From positions 2,976,001-3,040,000 of the forward strand of contig OZ244160.1 in assembly GCA_965216325.1 (NCBI GenBank): a stretch of DNA of 64,000 nucleotides, read 5' to 3'. A program made the position numbers and the translations under genes. Below are positions 9,433-22,962 of the stretch, piece after piece. Numbering within the stretch: the stretch's first letter is position 1; each line of letters starts with the position of its first letter. The DNA is from Coraliomargarita sp. (lineage in GTDB: Bacteria > Verrucomicrobiota > Verrucomicrobiia > Opitutales > Coraliomargaritaceae). A model generated the notes under the pieces. The model was not told the origin of the DNA. It worked only from the letters and a program-made list of their open reading frames with translations, and made no database searches.

Positions 9433-11508
9433 GTGGATTTTAAACTCAGTAGTGACTACGCTCCTCAGGGAGATCAGCCGGAGGCGATCAAAGCATTGGT
9501 CGATTCGCTGCGTTCGGGGACGAAGTATCAGACGCTGCTGGGGGTGACTGGGTCGGGTAAAACCTTCTCGATGGCGAACGTGATTCAGGAACTGCAGCGT
9601 CCGGCGCTGATCATTTCGCACAATAAGACCTTGGCGGCTCAGCTTTACTCCGAGTTTAAGGCTTTCTTTCCTGAGAATGCGGTCGAGTATTTTGTTAGTT
9701 ATTACGATTACTATCAGCCTGAAGCCTATATTCCACAGACGGATACCTATATCGAAAAAGACTCCTCGATTAACGACGAGATCGAGCGTCTGCGGATTGC
9801 GGCTTCGTCATCACTGATCAGTCGTCGAGATGTGATCGTGATTGCTTCAGTGTCGTGTATCTACGGCCTAGGCTCTCCGGAAGACTTCAAGGAGATGATG
9901 CTTCCGCTTGAAGTTGGGATGGAACTCTCGCGTGATACTTTTTTGGAGCGACTGGTTGAGATTCTCTACGAGCGCAATGACGTCGATTTTAAGCGAGGCA
10001 GCTTCCGGGTGCGTGGCGATGTGGTGGATATATATCCTGCTTACATGGAAAGTGCCATCCGTGTAGAGTTCTGGGGCGATGAACTCGAGGCGATTTTTGA
10101 ATTGGATCCTTTAACGGGGGAGACCGCTGGGCGGTTGGAGATGTTCCATCTGTATCCAGCGACTCAATACGTTACGCCAAAGGATAAAATTGAAAACGCG
10201 GTAAAGGGTATTCGGGCCGAACTGGATGAGCGAATCGCATGGTTTGAGTCGCAGAATTTGTTGCTGGAAGCGCAGCGGATTAAAATGCGCACTGAGTATG
10301 ATATTGAGTTGCTACAGGAAATGGGCTTCTGCACTGGGATTGAGAACTACTCTCGTTACCTGTCTGGGCGAAAGCCAGGTGAGCGTCCGTTCTGCCTGAT
10401 TGATTTCTTTCCGAAGGATTTTCTGCTCTTTGTTGACGAAAGTCACGTAACACTGCCGCAAGTTCGTGCCATGTATAATGGCGATAAAGCACGCAAAGAA
10501 CGCTTGGTTCAATACGGCTTCCGTTTGCCCTCTGCTTTGGATAATCGGCCGCAAAAGCTGGAAGAGTTCGAGTCCATCACAGGGCAGACTGTGTATGTAT
10601 CGGCGACTCCTGCGCAGCATGAGTTTGATGTGTCTAAAACGATTGCCGAGCAGGTGATTCGCCCGACCGGCCTGCTGGATCCTGTGATGGAACTACGCCC
10701 GATCAAAGGACAGGTTGAAGATGTGATGGGAGAAGTCCGCAATGCTGCGGATGAGGGCGAACGCACCTTAATCACCACGCTGACCAAGCGCATGTCCGAG
10801 GATCTCACCGATTACCTGCGTGAGGCCGGCCTGAGTGTCGAGTATCTACACTCAGATATCGATGCGATTGAGCGTGTTGAGATTCTACGTCGATTGCGTA
10901 AGGGCGACTTCGATGTTTTGATTGGGGTGAATTTGTTGCGTGAAGGTTTGGATCTTCCAGAGGTTGCCTTGGTTGGTATTCTCGATGCCGATAAGGAAGG
11001 CTTCCTACGCAGTTCGACGAGTTTGATCCAGACGGCCGGTCGTGCCGCACGTCACGAGAAGGGACGAGTAATCCTGTATGCCGATAATATTACGGATTCG
11101 ATCAAGCACACGCTTGAGACCACCGATTACCGCCGTGAGAAACAAATCGCCTACAATGAAGCGCATGGCATCACTCCGAAGTCCGTTCAACGCGGGCTTG
11201 ATGAGAGCCTGCATGCACCTGGCAGTAAGCGCTACTCGCAAGAGGATGACGAGCCATTGCTGGTTGCTGAATCCGATGATCGTGATGTCGCTGAGGTGAT
11301 CGCCGAAATGGAAGAAGAGATGTTGGAGGCGGCACGAAAGCTCGAGTTCGAAAAAGCCGCACTGATTCGAGACCAAATTGAGATTTTGCAATCCGGTAAA
11401 ATGGACACCGCAACCGGCGCAGCCAAAGCCAAGTCCTCCGGAGGCAAGCGGCGTAAAGGAAAAGCCGTCTACAATGCCAAAGGCCTGCCGAAGAAGCGCA
11501 GGAAATAA
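9433..11508 (+). CDS. uvrB: Excinuclease ABC subunit B (probable GTG start 9433)
   Basis: LLGVTGSGKT, YYDYYQPEAY, VDESH, QTAGRAAR. Confidence 0.97.
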   Translation: MDFKLSSDYAPQGDQPEAIKALVDSLRSGTKYQTLLGVTGSGKTFSMANVIQELQRPALIISHNKTLAAQLYSEFKAFFPENAVEYFVSYYDYYQPEAYIPQTDTYIEKDSSINDEIERLRIAASSSLISRRDVIVIASVSCIYGLGSPEDFKEMMLPLEVGMELSRDTFLERLVEILYERNDVDFKRGSFRVRGDVVDIYPAYMESAIRVEFWGDELEAIFELDPLTGETAGRLEMFHLYPATQYVTPKDKIENAVKGIRAELDERIAWFESQNLLLEAQRIKMRTEYDIELLQEMGFCTGIENYSRYLSGRKPGERPFCLIDFFPKDFLLFVDESHVTLPQVRAMYNGDKARKERLVQYGFRLPSALDNRPQKLEEFESITGQTVYVSATPAQHEFDVSKTIAEQVIRPTGLLDPVMELRPIKGQVEDVMGEVRNAADEGERTLITTLTKRMSEDLTDYLREAGLSVEYLHSDIDAIERVEILRRLRKGDFDVLIGVNLLREGLDLPEVALVGILDADKEGFLRSSTSLIQTAGRAARHEKGRVILYADNITDSIKHTLETTDYRREKQIAYNEAHGITPKSVQRGLDESLHAPGSKRYSQEDDEPLLVAESDDRDVAEVIAEMEEEMLEAARKLEFEKAALIRDQIEILQSGKMDTATGAAKAKSSGGKRRKGKAVYNAKGLPKKRRK

Positions 11509-11513
11509 TCAGA

Positions 11514-12587
11514 CTAGTCGAGCAAGACCAGATTGTCACGGTGCACGAGGACTCCTGCGCATTCACCGCTAAGTGCAGCTTCAACTGCTTCGGCGTTCAG
11601 CTGCACTTGACCTTGTGCGATGATCGTTCCGTCTTCGGTCGTGATTGCCACGACGTCACCTTCTTCGAAATGGCCTTCACTCTGGCGCACCCCAGCCGTG
11701 AGTAGGCTCTTGCCTGATTGTTGGATCGCATCTGCAGCGCCTGCATCAATCGCGAGTGTGCCGTGCATGTTGTCCTGAATGGCGATCCAGCGCTTGTGTG
11801 ATTTGACGGGTTCGGTACTGGGCACGAAGTAGGTGCCAACGCTTTGGCCGTCTAAAAGTTTTTCGAACAGTTCGGCATCGGTGCCACTGCCAATGATGAC
11901 ACCACAGCCTGCACGATGCGCAATCTTAGCAGCTGAGAGCTTGCTGATCATGCCACCCACGGAGGTGGTGTGTTTGGTGCCCTGGGCCATCGCTTCAATC
12001 TCTGCGGTCATCTTTTCGACGCGTTGCACAACTTCACCAGTGCCTTGCATGTCGATGAGTCCTGGTATGTTGGACAGGATAAACAGCTGATCTGCGTTGA
12101 TGATGCTCGCAACCAAGGCGGATAGGGTGTCGTTGTCGCCAAACTTGATTTCGGCTGCGCTGACAGTGTCATTCTCGTTGACTATGGGCACCGCTCCGTG
12201 AGCGAGCAGGCGCTCGACGGTATTGAAGATTGCGTTATGGCGATGCTTTGCGCGTAAGTCTTCGCGTGTGAGCAGGATCTGTGCGACGGTAATGTCGTGC
12301 GGGTTAAAGCTCTTCTGCCAAGTATTGATGAGTACGCTTTGGCCAACCGACGCGCAGGCTTGTAAGGTGGCGAGGTCCTTCGGGCGCTTCTCCAGCTTGA
12401 GTTTGCCCATGCCGAGGCCGACTGCGCCGGAGCTGACGATTACCACTTCGATGCCACGCTCACGCAGTGCAACGACTTGCTTGCAGAGTGTGTCAATGCG
12501 CTGTGTATCCAAATCACCAATGCCAGTGGTGAGAACACCTGTGCCAAGTTTAATGACGACGCGCTTCGCTTGTGCGAGAGGAACCAT
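11514..12587 (-). CDS. proB: Glutamate 5-kinase with PUA domain
   Basis: VIKLGT, VSSGAV, NENDTV, FGDNDTL, GGMISKL. Confidence 0.95.
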   Translation of the reverse strand: MVPLAQAKRVVIKLGTGVLTTGIGDLDTQRIDTLCKQVVALRERGIEVVIVSSGAVGLGMGKLKLEKRPKDLATLQACASVGQSVLINTWQKSFNPHDITVAQILLTREDLRAKHRHNAIFNTVERLLAHGAVPIVNENDTVSAAEIKFGDNDTLSALVASIINADQLFILSNIPGLIDMQGTGEVVQRVEKMTAEIEAMAQGTKHTTSVGGMISKLSAAKIAHRAGCGVIIGSGTDAELFEKLLDGQSVGTYFVPSTEPVKSHKRWIAIQDNMHGTLAIDAGAADAIQQSGKSLLTAGVRQSEGHFEEGDVVAITTEDGTIIAQGQVQLNAEAVEAALSGECAGVLVHRDNLVLLD

Positions 12588-12599
12588 TTATAAAAAGGA

Positions 12600-12672
12600 T
12601 AGGGACGTTTGCCCTTAAGTGTCCGCAGTCATTTAGATCAACCTGCGGACGTCTGAGGGCAGACGTCCCTAC
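12600..12672. repeat. REP-like inverted doublet
   Basis: tagggacgtttgccct..gtccgcag / ctgcggac..agggcagacgtcccta. Confidence 0.7.
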
Positions 12673-12681
12673 CAATCAAAA

Positions 12682-13239
12682 TTAAACTTTCTTCAGGTCA
12701 GCTTCCTTCTTGGAGAGCTGCTCGTTGATTTGAGTGATGAACTTGTCGTGCTCAGTTTGGATCTCTTTTTCGTGACGCTTGACGTCGTCTTCGGAGAGGC
12801 CGTCGTCCTTAGCCGACTTCAGTAGATCCAGTGCATCGCGGCGTGCTTGGCGGATGCGAACACGACCGTCTTCTGCCATGCTGCCTGCTTGCTTCGCGAG
12901 CTCTGCCCGGCGCTCACCAGTCAATTCTGGGACCGGCACGCGGAGGATACCGCCGTCAACGAGTGGGTTGAAGCCGAGGTTGGCGTCGATGATGCCCTTT
13001 TCGACATCCTTGATGATGCTCTTGTCCCAAGGTTGCACAACGATGGTGCGCGCGTCGGGAGTCGTCACCGCAGCGACCTCCTGAAGTGAGGAGCTAGCTC
13101 CATAAGCTTCCACCTTGACGCTATCCAGCATGGCAGGGCTGGCCTTGCCGGTGTGGAGGCTGTTGAACTGGCTGAGTGTGTAGTCGACTGCCTTCTTAAG
13201 GTCGGCAGCGAGAGATGACATGATTTCGTTGGGTTCCAT
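12682..13239 (-). CDS. frr: Ribosome recycling factor
   Basis: TGKASPAMLD, QPWDKS, PELTGERR; follows pyrH. Confidence 0.96.
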   Translation of the reverse strand: MEPNEIMSSLAADLKKAVDYTLSQFNSLHTGKASPAMLDSVKVEAYGASSSLQEVAAVTTPDARTIVVQPWDKSIIKDVEKGIIDANLGFNPLVDGGILRVPVPELTGERRAELAKQAGSMAEDGRVRIRQARRDALDLLKSAKDDGLSEDDVKRHEKEIQTEHDKFITQINEQLSKKEADLKKV

Positions 13240-13263
13240 AACTTAATGTTGTGTTCGAAGTGA

Positions 13264-14007
13264 CTACTCGTTGACGAGGGTGCCGATGGTTTCACCCATG
13301 ACGGCACGGAGGATTGAGCCAGGCTCGGTCATGCTGAAGACAAGGATTGGCATCTTGTTTTCCATGCAGAGAGAGAATGCGGTCGAATCCATCACGTTGA
13401 GGCGTTGCTGGAGCGCATCAATGTAGTGGAGGTTGTCGTATTTGACCGCGTCGTTGTTCTTCGCCGGGTCCTTATCGTAAATGCCGTCGACCTTAGTTGC
13501 TTTCATGAGCATGTCGGCACCGATTTCGCTGGCGCGCAGGGCCGCACAGGTGTCAGTCGAGAAATAGGGGTTGCCGGTGCCACCGGCGAAGATCACCACG
13601 CGACCACGCTCCAAGTGGCGGGTTGCGCGGCGCAGGATGAATGGCTCCGCGAGCTTATCCATCGGGATCGCGCTCTGGAGACGCACGGTGACGTCCATCT
13701 TTTCAAGGCAGTCCATGAATGCCAGGCCGTTGATGACCGTGGACAGCATGCCCATATAGTCACCAGTTGTGCGATCCACTCCACGCACTTCCGCACCGCT
13801 GAGGCCGCGGAAAATGTTTCCACCGCCGATAACGAGGCCGACTTCGACCCCGACATCTGCGACTTTTTTAACCTCCTTGCAGATCTGCTGGAGGATTTGT
13901 GGGTCGATGGGGTCCCCATCTTTTGTGTTTCGAAGCACCTCACCGCTCAATTTAAGAACGATGCGCTTGTATTTAGGTTGTGGGCTCGTATGCTCTTCTG
14001 CGTCCAT
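13264..14007 (-). CDS. pyrH: UMP kinase
   Basis: [33 protein letters not shown]. Confidence 0.97.
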   Translation of the reverse strand: MDAEEHTSPQPKYKRIVLKLSGEVLRNTKDGDPIDPQILQQICKEVKKVADVGVEVGLVIGGGNIFRGLSGAEVRGVDRTTGDYMGMLSTVINGLAFMDCLEKMDVTVRLQSAIPMDKLAEPFILRRATRHLERGRVVIFAGGTGNPYFSTDTCAALRASEIGADMLMKATKVDGIYDKDPAKNNDAVKYDNLHYIDALQQRLNVMDSTAFSLCMENKMPILVFSMTEPGSILRAVMGETIGTLVNE

Positions 14008-14083
14008 TAAAGCAGGGTTTAAACCGCTTTTTTACGAACTCGTCAACCTATGGATTTATTCAAAAAAATATTTAATACAGGGC

Positions 14084-14111
14084 TTGACGAGTACGGCTCG
14101 AGTTCTACTCT
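14084..14111 (+). promoter_or_regulatory. Sigma70-type promoter of tRNA-Gln
   Basis: TTGACG-N16-TACTCT with AT-rich upstream tract. Confidence 0.6.
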
Positions 14112-14124
14112 TCGCCACTTCTTT

Positions 14125-14204
<80 letters not shown>

Positions 14205-14284
14205 AAAACCTCTTGAGTAATTAAGGGGTTTTTTAGTGCCTGAATACTAAGGGCTTCGGGGGCAATTTGGAGCTGTTGATACTA

Positions 14285-14313
14285 AAAAAGCCTGTGCGAG
14301 ATGCACAGGCTTT
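14285..14313 (-). terminator. Terminator of the solute-binding protein gene
   Basis: aaagcctgtgc/gcacaggcttt with A-run. Confidence 0.75.
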
Positions 14314-14337
14314 AGAACGGTCGATTGCGATGATCGC

Positions 14338-15348
14338 TTAGAAGGTGCGCTTGAAGAGGCGCATGCCTTGTGGATCGACGTATTCGTATTGAATCGCCTC
14401 GAGTTCCTCATCTGGCACGTTGTCCCAATCTTCATAGAGCTTGCCGTTAATCCAATAGCGCTTGCGATTTTCAACCTTATCCATGGTGCGGTCGGTGTAG
14501 CTGTAATCGTAAGCAGTGACTGACGCCTGAGGACCGACTTTTTCTCCGCCCAGAACCAGTTCGGTGATCCCGTCGCCATCAACGTCGGCACGAATCGAGC
14601 TTAGGCGTAGGATTCGGTTGTAACTGCCGTCTGCGAGCATGATTCGGATTTGCTTGTTGAAGCTGGTAATGATTGCTTGTGCACCAGGGATATCCTTGCG
14701 AATTGCAAGATAGAGGGGGTTGACCGCGAGAGGTTTGCTGCCGACCGCGACTTTCTCTTCGGGCTTGGTGTTGTGCTCTTTGGCGAGGTGGGAAAGCAGT
14801 AGCTCGTCGACGAGTGCGTAGTCTGCGTGGCCATTGAGAACTGCGACAATGTTGTCGATGTCATTGGCGCCATAGCCGATGAGCACGCCCTGGGCCGAGT
14901 CTAGGATGTTGCCGTATGCATAGCCCTTTACCAGAATCAGCTTTTTGCCAGCTAGTTCGGAGAGGCTGTCGACATCTACTTTGCTACCTTTCTGGCCGAT
15001 CAGAATTAGGCGGTTTTCCAAGTAAGGTTCTGAGAATAGCAAGAATTCCGCGCGTTCGTCGCTATACCACATCGCGCCGCAGCCATCATATTTGCCAGCC
15101 TTGAGGTCGGCTGGAACAGTCCAGCTCTCAAGAATCTCGGTTTTAGGTTTAATGCCTGCGCGCCCGAGTGCGCTGTGCACTAAGTCGATGGCAAAGCGTG
15201 TCTTTTGAAATTCGTCGGTGAAGGGTTGCCACACATCTGAGGCCATCGTGAGTGAGGTGGCTTGTGCTTCGTCAGCAGCATGTACGTAGATGGAAGTGGT
15301 GAGGGTCAGGCCGAACGTGGCCAAGGCGCACAGTAGTTTCGCTTTCAT
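14338..15348 (-). CDS. Orphan periplasmic solute-binding protein (family 3-like)
   Basis: Signal peptide; WQPF, ERAEFLLFSEPY, ADGSYNRIL; C-terminal DVDGDG extension. Confidence 0.8.
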   Translation of the reverse strand: MKAKLLCALATFGLTLTTSIYVHAADEAQATSLTMASDVWQPFTDEFQKTRFAIDLVHSALGRAGIKPKTEILESWTVPADLKAGKYDGCGAMWYSDERAEFLLFSEPYLENRLILIGQKGSKVDVDSLSELAGKKLILVKGYAYGNILDSAQGVLIGYGANDIDNIVAVLNGHADYALVDELLLSHLAKEHNTKPEEKVAVGSKPLAVNPLYLAIRKDIPGAQAIITSFNKQIRIMLADGSYNRILRLSSIRADVDGDGITELVLGGEKVGPQASVTAYDYSYTDRTMDKVENRKRYWINGKLYEDWDNVPDEELEAIQYEYVDPQGMRLFKRTF

Positions 15349-15495
15349 TTATGTTGGAGTCGGTGGTGGTTTGTTCGCACCCTGACTGTTAGCGGGTTTG
15401 AGCTGTGATTCAAGGTTTATGCATGCTTTGTGACGATTCGGGCGGAGATGAGCTTCGCACTTGTCTAACGCAGGATCTGCTGGTCCTTTGGAGGG

Positions 15496-16260
15496 ATGCG
15501 ACGACCTCTGTTTTATTCTCTATTACTGTTGAGCTACTTCTTTATTGCGAGTGCTGAAGAGGCCCCTGCCGTTGCTCGTGAAACGCTTGGGATTTCTGAA
15601 TCGATCCAGCCGCGTTATGAGGGGGCCTACTGGTTTTACAAGAGTCTCTATTTTGAGGGGGGAAGGGCTGTCTCCAATGGCACGACTAAGGAAGAAGTGG
15701 TTCAGGTGCTTGAGCTGGATGGCATGGCATGCTGGAAGGTTCAGCTGACGATGGACTGGCGCTCCTTGTTTGATCGGCTCGCAGGGGAAAAGCTCATGGA
15801 GCACGATTTCGCCTATTTCTGGGAGTTTTTTGATACCAAGGGCAGTTACCATTTTGCGGATTGGGATGAGGATACCGACCAGATGTTGACGCCGCAGCGC
15901 TTGAAGGATTTTGCGCTGACATTGCAGTATCCGGTAGAGGCTGGACACTCGTATGAGGCGGACGGTGAACGCTGGAAAGTGCTTGAGCTGGAGAAGTTGG
16001 TTAATGTGCCCGCAGGAGAGTTTTCCTGTGTGGTGTATCAATCCTTTTACGAGGACCCCGACGATCCTGAGTATAACATGCGCAGCCGCTTCTATATGGC
16101 TAAGGGAGTTGGGATGGTTCGCTACGAGTCTGACAGCTGGATTGATGGTAGCTGGAAACTCGACATGCAGGACAGTTTGATTAAATACGACCTCAAGCTT
16201 ACATCCACCGAAACCGAAACCGAAACCGAAATTGAAACCGGAAACGCTACGCAGGAGTAG
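15496..16260 (+). CDS. Secreted hypothetical protein
   Basis: Signal peptide; VPAGEF...YMAKGVGMVR motif; TETETETE tail. Confidence 0.75.
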   Translation: MRRPLFYSLLLLSYFFIASAEEAPAVARETLGISESIQPRYEGAYWFYKSLYFEGGRAVSNGTTKEEVVQVLELDGMACWKVQLTMDWRSLFDRLAGEKLMEHDFAYFWEFFDTKGSYHFADWDEDTDQMLTPQRLKDFALTLQYPVEAGHSYEADGERWKVLELEKLVNVPAGEFSCVVYQSFYEDPDDPEYNMRSRFYMAKGVGMVRYESDSWIDGSWKLDMQDSLIKYDLKLTSTETETETEIETGNATQE

Positions 16261-16269
16261 CCCCCTGAC

Positions 16270-17082
16270 ATGCCGGAGTTACCTGAAGTTGAGACGACGC
16301 GTGCGGGCATTGAGCCGCACGTTAAAGGGCAGCGGATTCGCTCGATTAATGTGCATCAGCGGCAACTACGTTGGCCGGTCCCAGATGCGGTGCAGCACGC
16401 GGAGGGGTGTGAAATTTTGGCTGTCAGAAGGCGTGCGAAGTATCTTCTGCTGGAGACGCCGGTAGGGACGATCGTCATGCATCTGGGGATGTCAGGTAGC
16501 TTGACTGTTCAGGATGTTGAAAAGCCCTTGGAAAAGCATGACCACTTGGATATTGTTTTGGACTCGGGGCGCTGCCTCAGGCTGAACGATCCGCGGCGAT
16601 TTGGTGCCTGCCTGTGGCAAGGAGCTGAGGATCCGGAGCTGAAGCTCTTGCAGGACTTGGGCCCAGAACCATTGACTGATGACTTCGATGGCGAGCGACT
16701 CTTTGTGCGATCACGAAACAGGACGGTCGCCGTTAAGAATTTCATTATGACCAATTCTGTTGTCGTCGGGGTCGGCAATATTTATGCGAACGAGGCTCTG
16801 TTTCTATCTGGCATCGATCCGCGCAAAGCGGCGGGGCGCATTAGTCGTCCTAAATATCTGGCGCTGGCCAACAATATCAAAGTCGTCTTGGCGCGTGCGA
16901 TCGAGATGGGCGGCACCACATTACGTGATTTTTTGGGGGCGGACGGCAAACCGGGCTACTTCCGGATTGAGTTGAATGTTTACGGTAAGGCTGGAGAGCC
17001 ATGCCCAACGTGTGGGACTGCGATTCGCTCCATTATGATTGGTCAGCGTAACAGTTTTTACTGTGCGAAGTGCCAACGCTAG
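16270..17082 (+). CDS. mutM: Formamidopyrimidine-DNA glycosylase
   Basis: [23 protein letters not shown]-terminal Zn finger. Confidence 0.97.
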   Translation: MPELPEVETTRAGIEPHVKGQRIRSINVHQRQLRWPVPDAVQHAEGCEILAVRRRAKYLLLETPVGTIVMHLGMSGSLTVQDVEKPLEKHDHLDIVLDSGRCLRLNDPRRFGACLWQGAEDPELKLLQDLGPEPLTDDFDGERLFVRSRNRTVAVKNFIMTNSVVVGVGNIYANEALFLSGIDPRKAAGRISRPKYLALANNIKVVLARAIEMGGTTLRDFLGADGKPGYFRIELNVYGKAGEPCPTCGTAIRSIMIGQRNSFYCAKCQR

Positions 17083-18485
17083 AAATCAATGACGAAGATC
17101 CCGCCCTGAGAGATGTCCTGAGCCTCGTCTTCGGTGATCCAGCGCAGTTCGTATTCGGGGCCCCAAGAGTCACTAACTGCGAGTTCGCCGGTGTCTTCGT
17201 TATATCCGACAATCAGGCAGACATGTCCTGACTCTGCGTCGGTTTTGAGCTTTGGGGACTTTTTGAGCAAGGCGGCGCGCGACTTTTCCCATTCTTTGCG
17301 ATCAGTTGCTTTCATGCGGGCTTTGGTGATCGCGTTCACGATTAGATTGTATTCATGGGTGGAATACATTGCCCAGAGCACCGGTTGGCCGTTGTCGATG
17401 TATTTGCTGACACTGTCTACCGATACGTCGCCGGAGATCTGTTGAAATTGACGGCCGGAACTGCGCACATAGTCCGCGGTGCCCTCGATGATACTACTGA
17501 TATAGGTGCCGCCCCCGATCTCAGTGCTGCCTGCCATGGCTAAGGCATACATATCGGCACGGATGCCCATGTAACGTAAGCAGCGCTCTAGCGTGGCAGG
17601 CACACAATAGCCTTTGGGGCCCTGATCGACCATGGGAATGTTGTCGATGGTGACATCGCCAAAGTCGCTTTCCTGAACATTGGCTGCGGCTGCTTTCTTT
17701 GCTCCTGTATTATTGATTTTTTCAGGGCGACCACGCTGATCGGCTAACTCTGGAGGCATGATGCGTAACGCGAGGTATTCATCTTCAACCGCTGCGAGCA
17801 GTATACTGTTATTGCCGGCATCCCAGCGCAGCGCTCGCTCTTTCATCGCCTTGCCGCCTTTGCTGCTTTGGCGCTTGGGCTTGCCCAGTGCAGCAAGACT
17901 GTTCTCGATTTGCTCGCTGTCCGATTCGATGGCTTCGTTGACTACTTTGAGGGCTTTGCGCTCGTTGTCGATCAGGTCAAGCGTCACGGAGTCACCCTTG
18001 TTGGCGAACATGATGGAGATGTAATCGACCTTGCCGTTCTGGCCATACAAGACCGCGGTATAGGGAATCGCTCCAGCGATTGGACTGCGCTTTTTAAAGT
18101 AAACTCTGAAACTGGATTGGCTTTTCGTTTTCGATTCCTGTGGCCAGTTTAGTCGATAGGCGACCTCTTGCGGTGCGTCGTCCCAAAGGTTTGCGTCGCT
18201 CCATAGTTCGATGCCAAGTAGATCATTCAGTTGTGCGTAATCGAATGCTTCTTTGCTGCTTTCCGAGTTCGTGGGTTGCGCACGCACGAGTTCCTGACTT
18301 GCCGAGTCGAGCCTGGATAAAGGAATGTCGAATTCGACCCCATCCGCGCGTCGAACGGAGACCGAGTCGTTACCCACTTTGAGGATGTCGACTTGTATGC
18401 TGCGACCTTGGGTATCCGTCAGTGTTTCGGCTGACAGTATGCATGAACTCAGGAGTAAGAGTAGGGGTAGAATGCGTTGTTTCAT
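17079..18485 (-). CDS. Secreted C39-like cysteine peptidase with N-terminal SHD1-like domain
   Basis: DTQGRSI...[30 protein letters not shown]. Confidence 0.75.
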   Translation of the reverse strand: MKQRILPLLLLLSSCILSAETLTDTQGRSIQVDILKVGNDSVSVRRADGVEFDIPLSRLDSASQELVRAQPTNSESSKEAFDYAQLNDLLGIELWSDANLWDDAPQEVAYRLNWPQESKTKSQSSFRVYFKKRSPIAGAIPYTAVLYGQNGKVDYISIMFANKGDSVTLDLIDNERKALKVVNEAIESDSEQIENSLAALGKPKRQSSKGGKAMKERALRWDAGNNSILLAAVEDEYLALRIMPPELADQRGRPEKINNTGAKKAAAANVQESDFGDVTIDNIPMVDQGPKGYCVPATLERCLRYMGIRADMYALAMAGSTEIGGGTYISSIIEGTADYVRSSGRQFQQISGDVSVDSVSKYIDNGQPVLWAMYSTHEYNLIVNAITKARMKATDRKEWEKSRAALLKKSPKLKTDAESGHVCLIVGYNEDTGELAVSDSWGPEYELRWITEDEAQDISQGGIFVIDF

Positions 18486-18491
18486 ATTCGT

Positions 18492-19475
18492 TTAACTTTT
18501 ATCTGGTGGTGTGACCAGAACACGCGTTTGCAAGCCGGCAAGATAGTCCGAGAATGGTTCGCCTGTAGGCGTATTGCGTAGCACGCGTTGCACCATGCCC
18601 ATCTTGGCATCGAGATTGTCGACCATGGAGACGAAGACGGCTTCGGGAGTGGCGGCCATTGCCGCGGCGCCCCATTCCTTTTCCCCTTGGTGACTGAGGA
18701 TGATGTGCTCCAGGCGCTCTGTGAGGTCTGCGTTGAGCTTTGACTGTATCGCTGCTTTGCGGGCGATACGGAAGCCGATGACGACGTGTCCCTGCAGGGT
18801 GCCGATGCGGCTGACCTTGGCTGCGAACTCGCCCTCATATTCCTCGAGTTTGCCCATGTCGTGGAGAATGATACCGGCGATCGCGAGATCGGGGTCTACC
18901 TCGGTGTATAGGGGCAGGAGTGCTCGTGCAGCACGCACCATGTGAGCGGAATGCTCGAGCAGGCCATTGTAATAGGCGTGGTGCATACTAACGGCAGCCG
19001 GGCATTTGCGGAAGTGGTCGCCAAGTTCGTCGAGCACGCGTTGGACCGTTTCTTTGAGCTGTGGGTGTTGTATTGCTTCGACGCCTTCCTGAATGTGGCC
19101 CCAGAGTTCTTCTTCAGACTCTGGCGGCGTCTCGATCAGATTGGCCATGATGCCTTCGGCGCTTGCGTCTTCGGCAGTGAGTGCTTCGGCGGCCTGAAGC
19201 TTGGGCGAGAAGCGGTCTTGCCAATACTCGGTCTTACCTGCAACGCGCAGAATGGAGCCCTCGGCAATCGCATCAATGGCTTTGAAGGTCTCGGAACCAT
19301 CGAAGCAGTTCGCGGTAAAGCTACCGCTGCTATCGCCTAGTTCGACGCTGAGGAAGGGGTTTCCAGTCTTGGATATCTTGGTCGTTTTGCGCCGTAGGAT
19401 AACGACTGAACGAAAAGGTGCAGCGAGTGCTGGATCGATTCCTTTAACTTCCTGAACGGTTTGGTAATCAGACAT
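18492..19475 (-). CDS. OB-fold/HD-domain 3'-5' exoribonuclease, YhaM family
   Basis: PAAVSMHHAY.NGLLEH, LHDMGK, HIILSH. Confidence 0.85.
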   Translation of the reverse strand: MSDYQTVQEVKGIDPALAAPFRSVVILRRKTTKISKTGNPFLSVELGDSSGSFTANCFDGSETFKAIDAIAEGSILRVAGKTEYWQDRFSPKLQAAEALTAEDASAEGIMANLIETPPESEEELWGHIQEGVEAIQHPQLKETVQRVLDELGDHFRKCPAAVSMHHAYYNGLLEHSAHMVRAARALLPLYTEVDPDLAIAGIILHDMGKLEEYEGEFAAKVSRIGTLQGHVVIGFRIARKAAIQSKLNADLTERLEHIILSHQGEKEWGAAAMAATPEAVFVSMVDNLDAKMGMVQRVLRNTPTGEPFSDYLAGLQTRVLVTPPDKS

Positions 19476-19575
19476 GGCATCAGCAAAGCTGATGCCTTAG
19501 AAAGTGTAAAGGTGGGAAGGTGAAAAAGTGTTCTTCGGAGCCTGTGTCAGCAAGGGCTATGTATGCAGATTGTGT

Positions 19576-19646
19576 GTCGGGGCTCTGCTTGCGGAGCCCG
19601 CTTACGTGTTGCTGCTGACTGCGGGCGTCGCAAGTAACACCCCGAT
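19576..19646. repeat. Degenerate REP doublet (family A variant)
   Basis: gtcggggctctgcttgcggagcccgc ... gcgggcgtcgcaagtaacaccccgat. Confidence 0.6.
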
Positions 19647-19668
19647 AAGCCACATCTCTGAGGCCTGG

Positions 19669-20133
19669 CTAAAGCGCCCAGTCTTTTAAATATGCATCGC
19701 CGTAGCCAAAGTTCTCGGTGACAAAGTCAAGGTCCTTGTCACCGCGACCACTCAGGTTGACTAGAATCGTGCCGCTGTCGCGCGCCTGTGCTTCACGAAT
19801 TGCACCTGCGACTGCGTGTGAGCTTTCCAGCGCGGGAATGATGCCCTCGGTGCGGCCGAGCAGGAAGAAGGCTTCTAGGCAGTCGTCGTCCATTGCAACA
19901 TCGTAGCGCACGCGCTCAGTATCCTTCAGGTAGCTGTGTTCGGGACCCACGCCCGGGTAGTTGAGTCCACTGGCAATTGAATGCACGGGGCCAGGTTGAC
20001 CATCTTCATCTTGAAGCATATAGCACTTAAACCCATGGATGATGCCCTCGCTGCCGTGTGTCATGGTTGCGGCGTGCTCGCCCAGTTTACTACTGCGGCC
20101 ACCGGGTTCGATGCCGATCAGTTCGGCGTGATC
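19669..20133 (-). pseudogene. trpB: Tryptophan synthase beta chain, C-terminal fragment only
   Basis: ELIGIEPGG...[16 protein letters not shown]...[12 protein letters not shown]...[13 protein letters not shown]-lysine half absent. Confidence 0.85.
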
Positions 20134-20441
20134 TACGCTACACGAAGGCCTGCAAATTGATATTGGCCCTATTCTTGATAAATACTGCGGTGAACTTCAT
20201 TGTCGGCGGAGTCACGATCTCCATGGATCTTGTGGTGCAGCAGTATGTGGAATGGGCGATGATTCCAGTTGTATTTCTGATTGCTTCGGGTGTGTATGCA
20301 AGCTGGTTGAATGATAAGCGTGGGCGCCCGATCGGTTGGCCGAAGGCGCTAATGGTGCAGGGGATCTTTACCGCGATCATGTTTGGAATTGGCTGTGCCT
20401 TTGCGATTCCAATTCTGCTACTTGGTATCAAGTTCGGCTAA
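20134..20441 (+). pseudogene. Small membrane protein, probably 5'-truncated
   Basis: Three hydrophobic segments; no clear start or RBS; frame runs back into the trpB remnant. Confidence 0.5.
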
Positions 20442-20460
20442 GTAGAGCTTCTTTGTGTAG

Positions 20461-20501
20461 AACCAAGGCCCCGACAAGTCATGCTTGCCGGGGCCTTGGT
20501 T
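20461..20501. terminator. Hairpin terminator after katG
   Basis: aaccaaggcccc...ggggccttggtt. Confidence 0.7.
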
Positions 20502-20515
20502 GATATGAATTGGTC

Positions 20516-22846
<2,331 letters not shown>

Positions 22847-22962
22847 CTAGCGGAGCATACATTGCCCAGATGTCAAAAATCTGGATTTATTCCGAAGTCG
22901 TGATTGGGCACAAAAAAGCCACACCGTGTGGTGTGGCTGCTAAATAGAAGTAGGTAAGCTGT

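Noticed and set aside
16206..16245. GAAACC hexamer run as a phase-variation tract
   Set aside because: In-frame low-complexity TE tail; unit of 6 cannot shift the frame
20131..20141. tctacgc at the trpB breakpoint resembling the IS110/REP flank
   Set aside because: Match is too short and no REP hairpin is present
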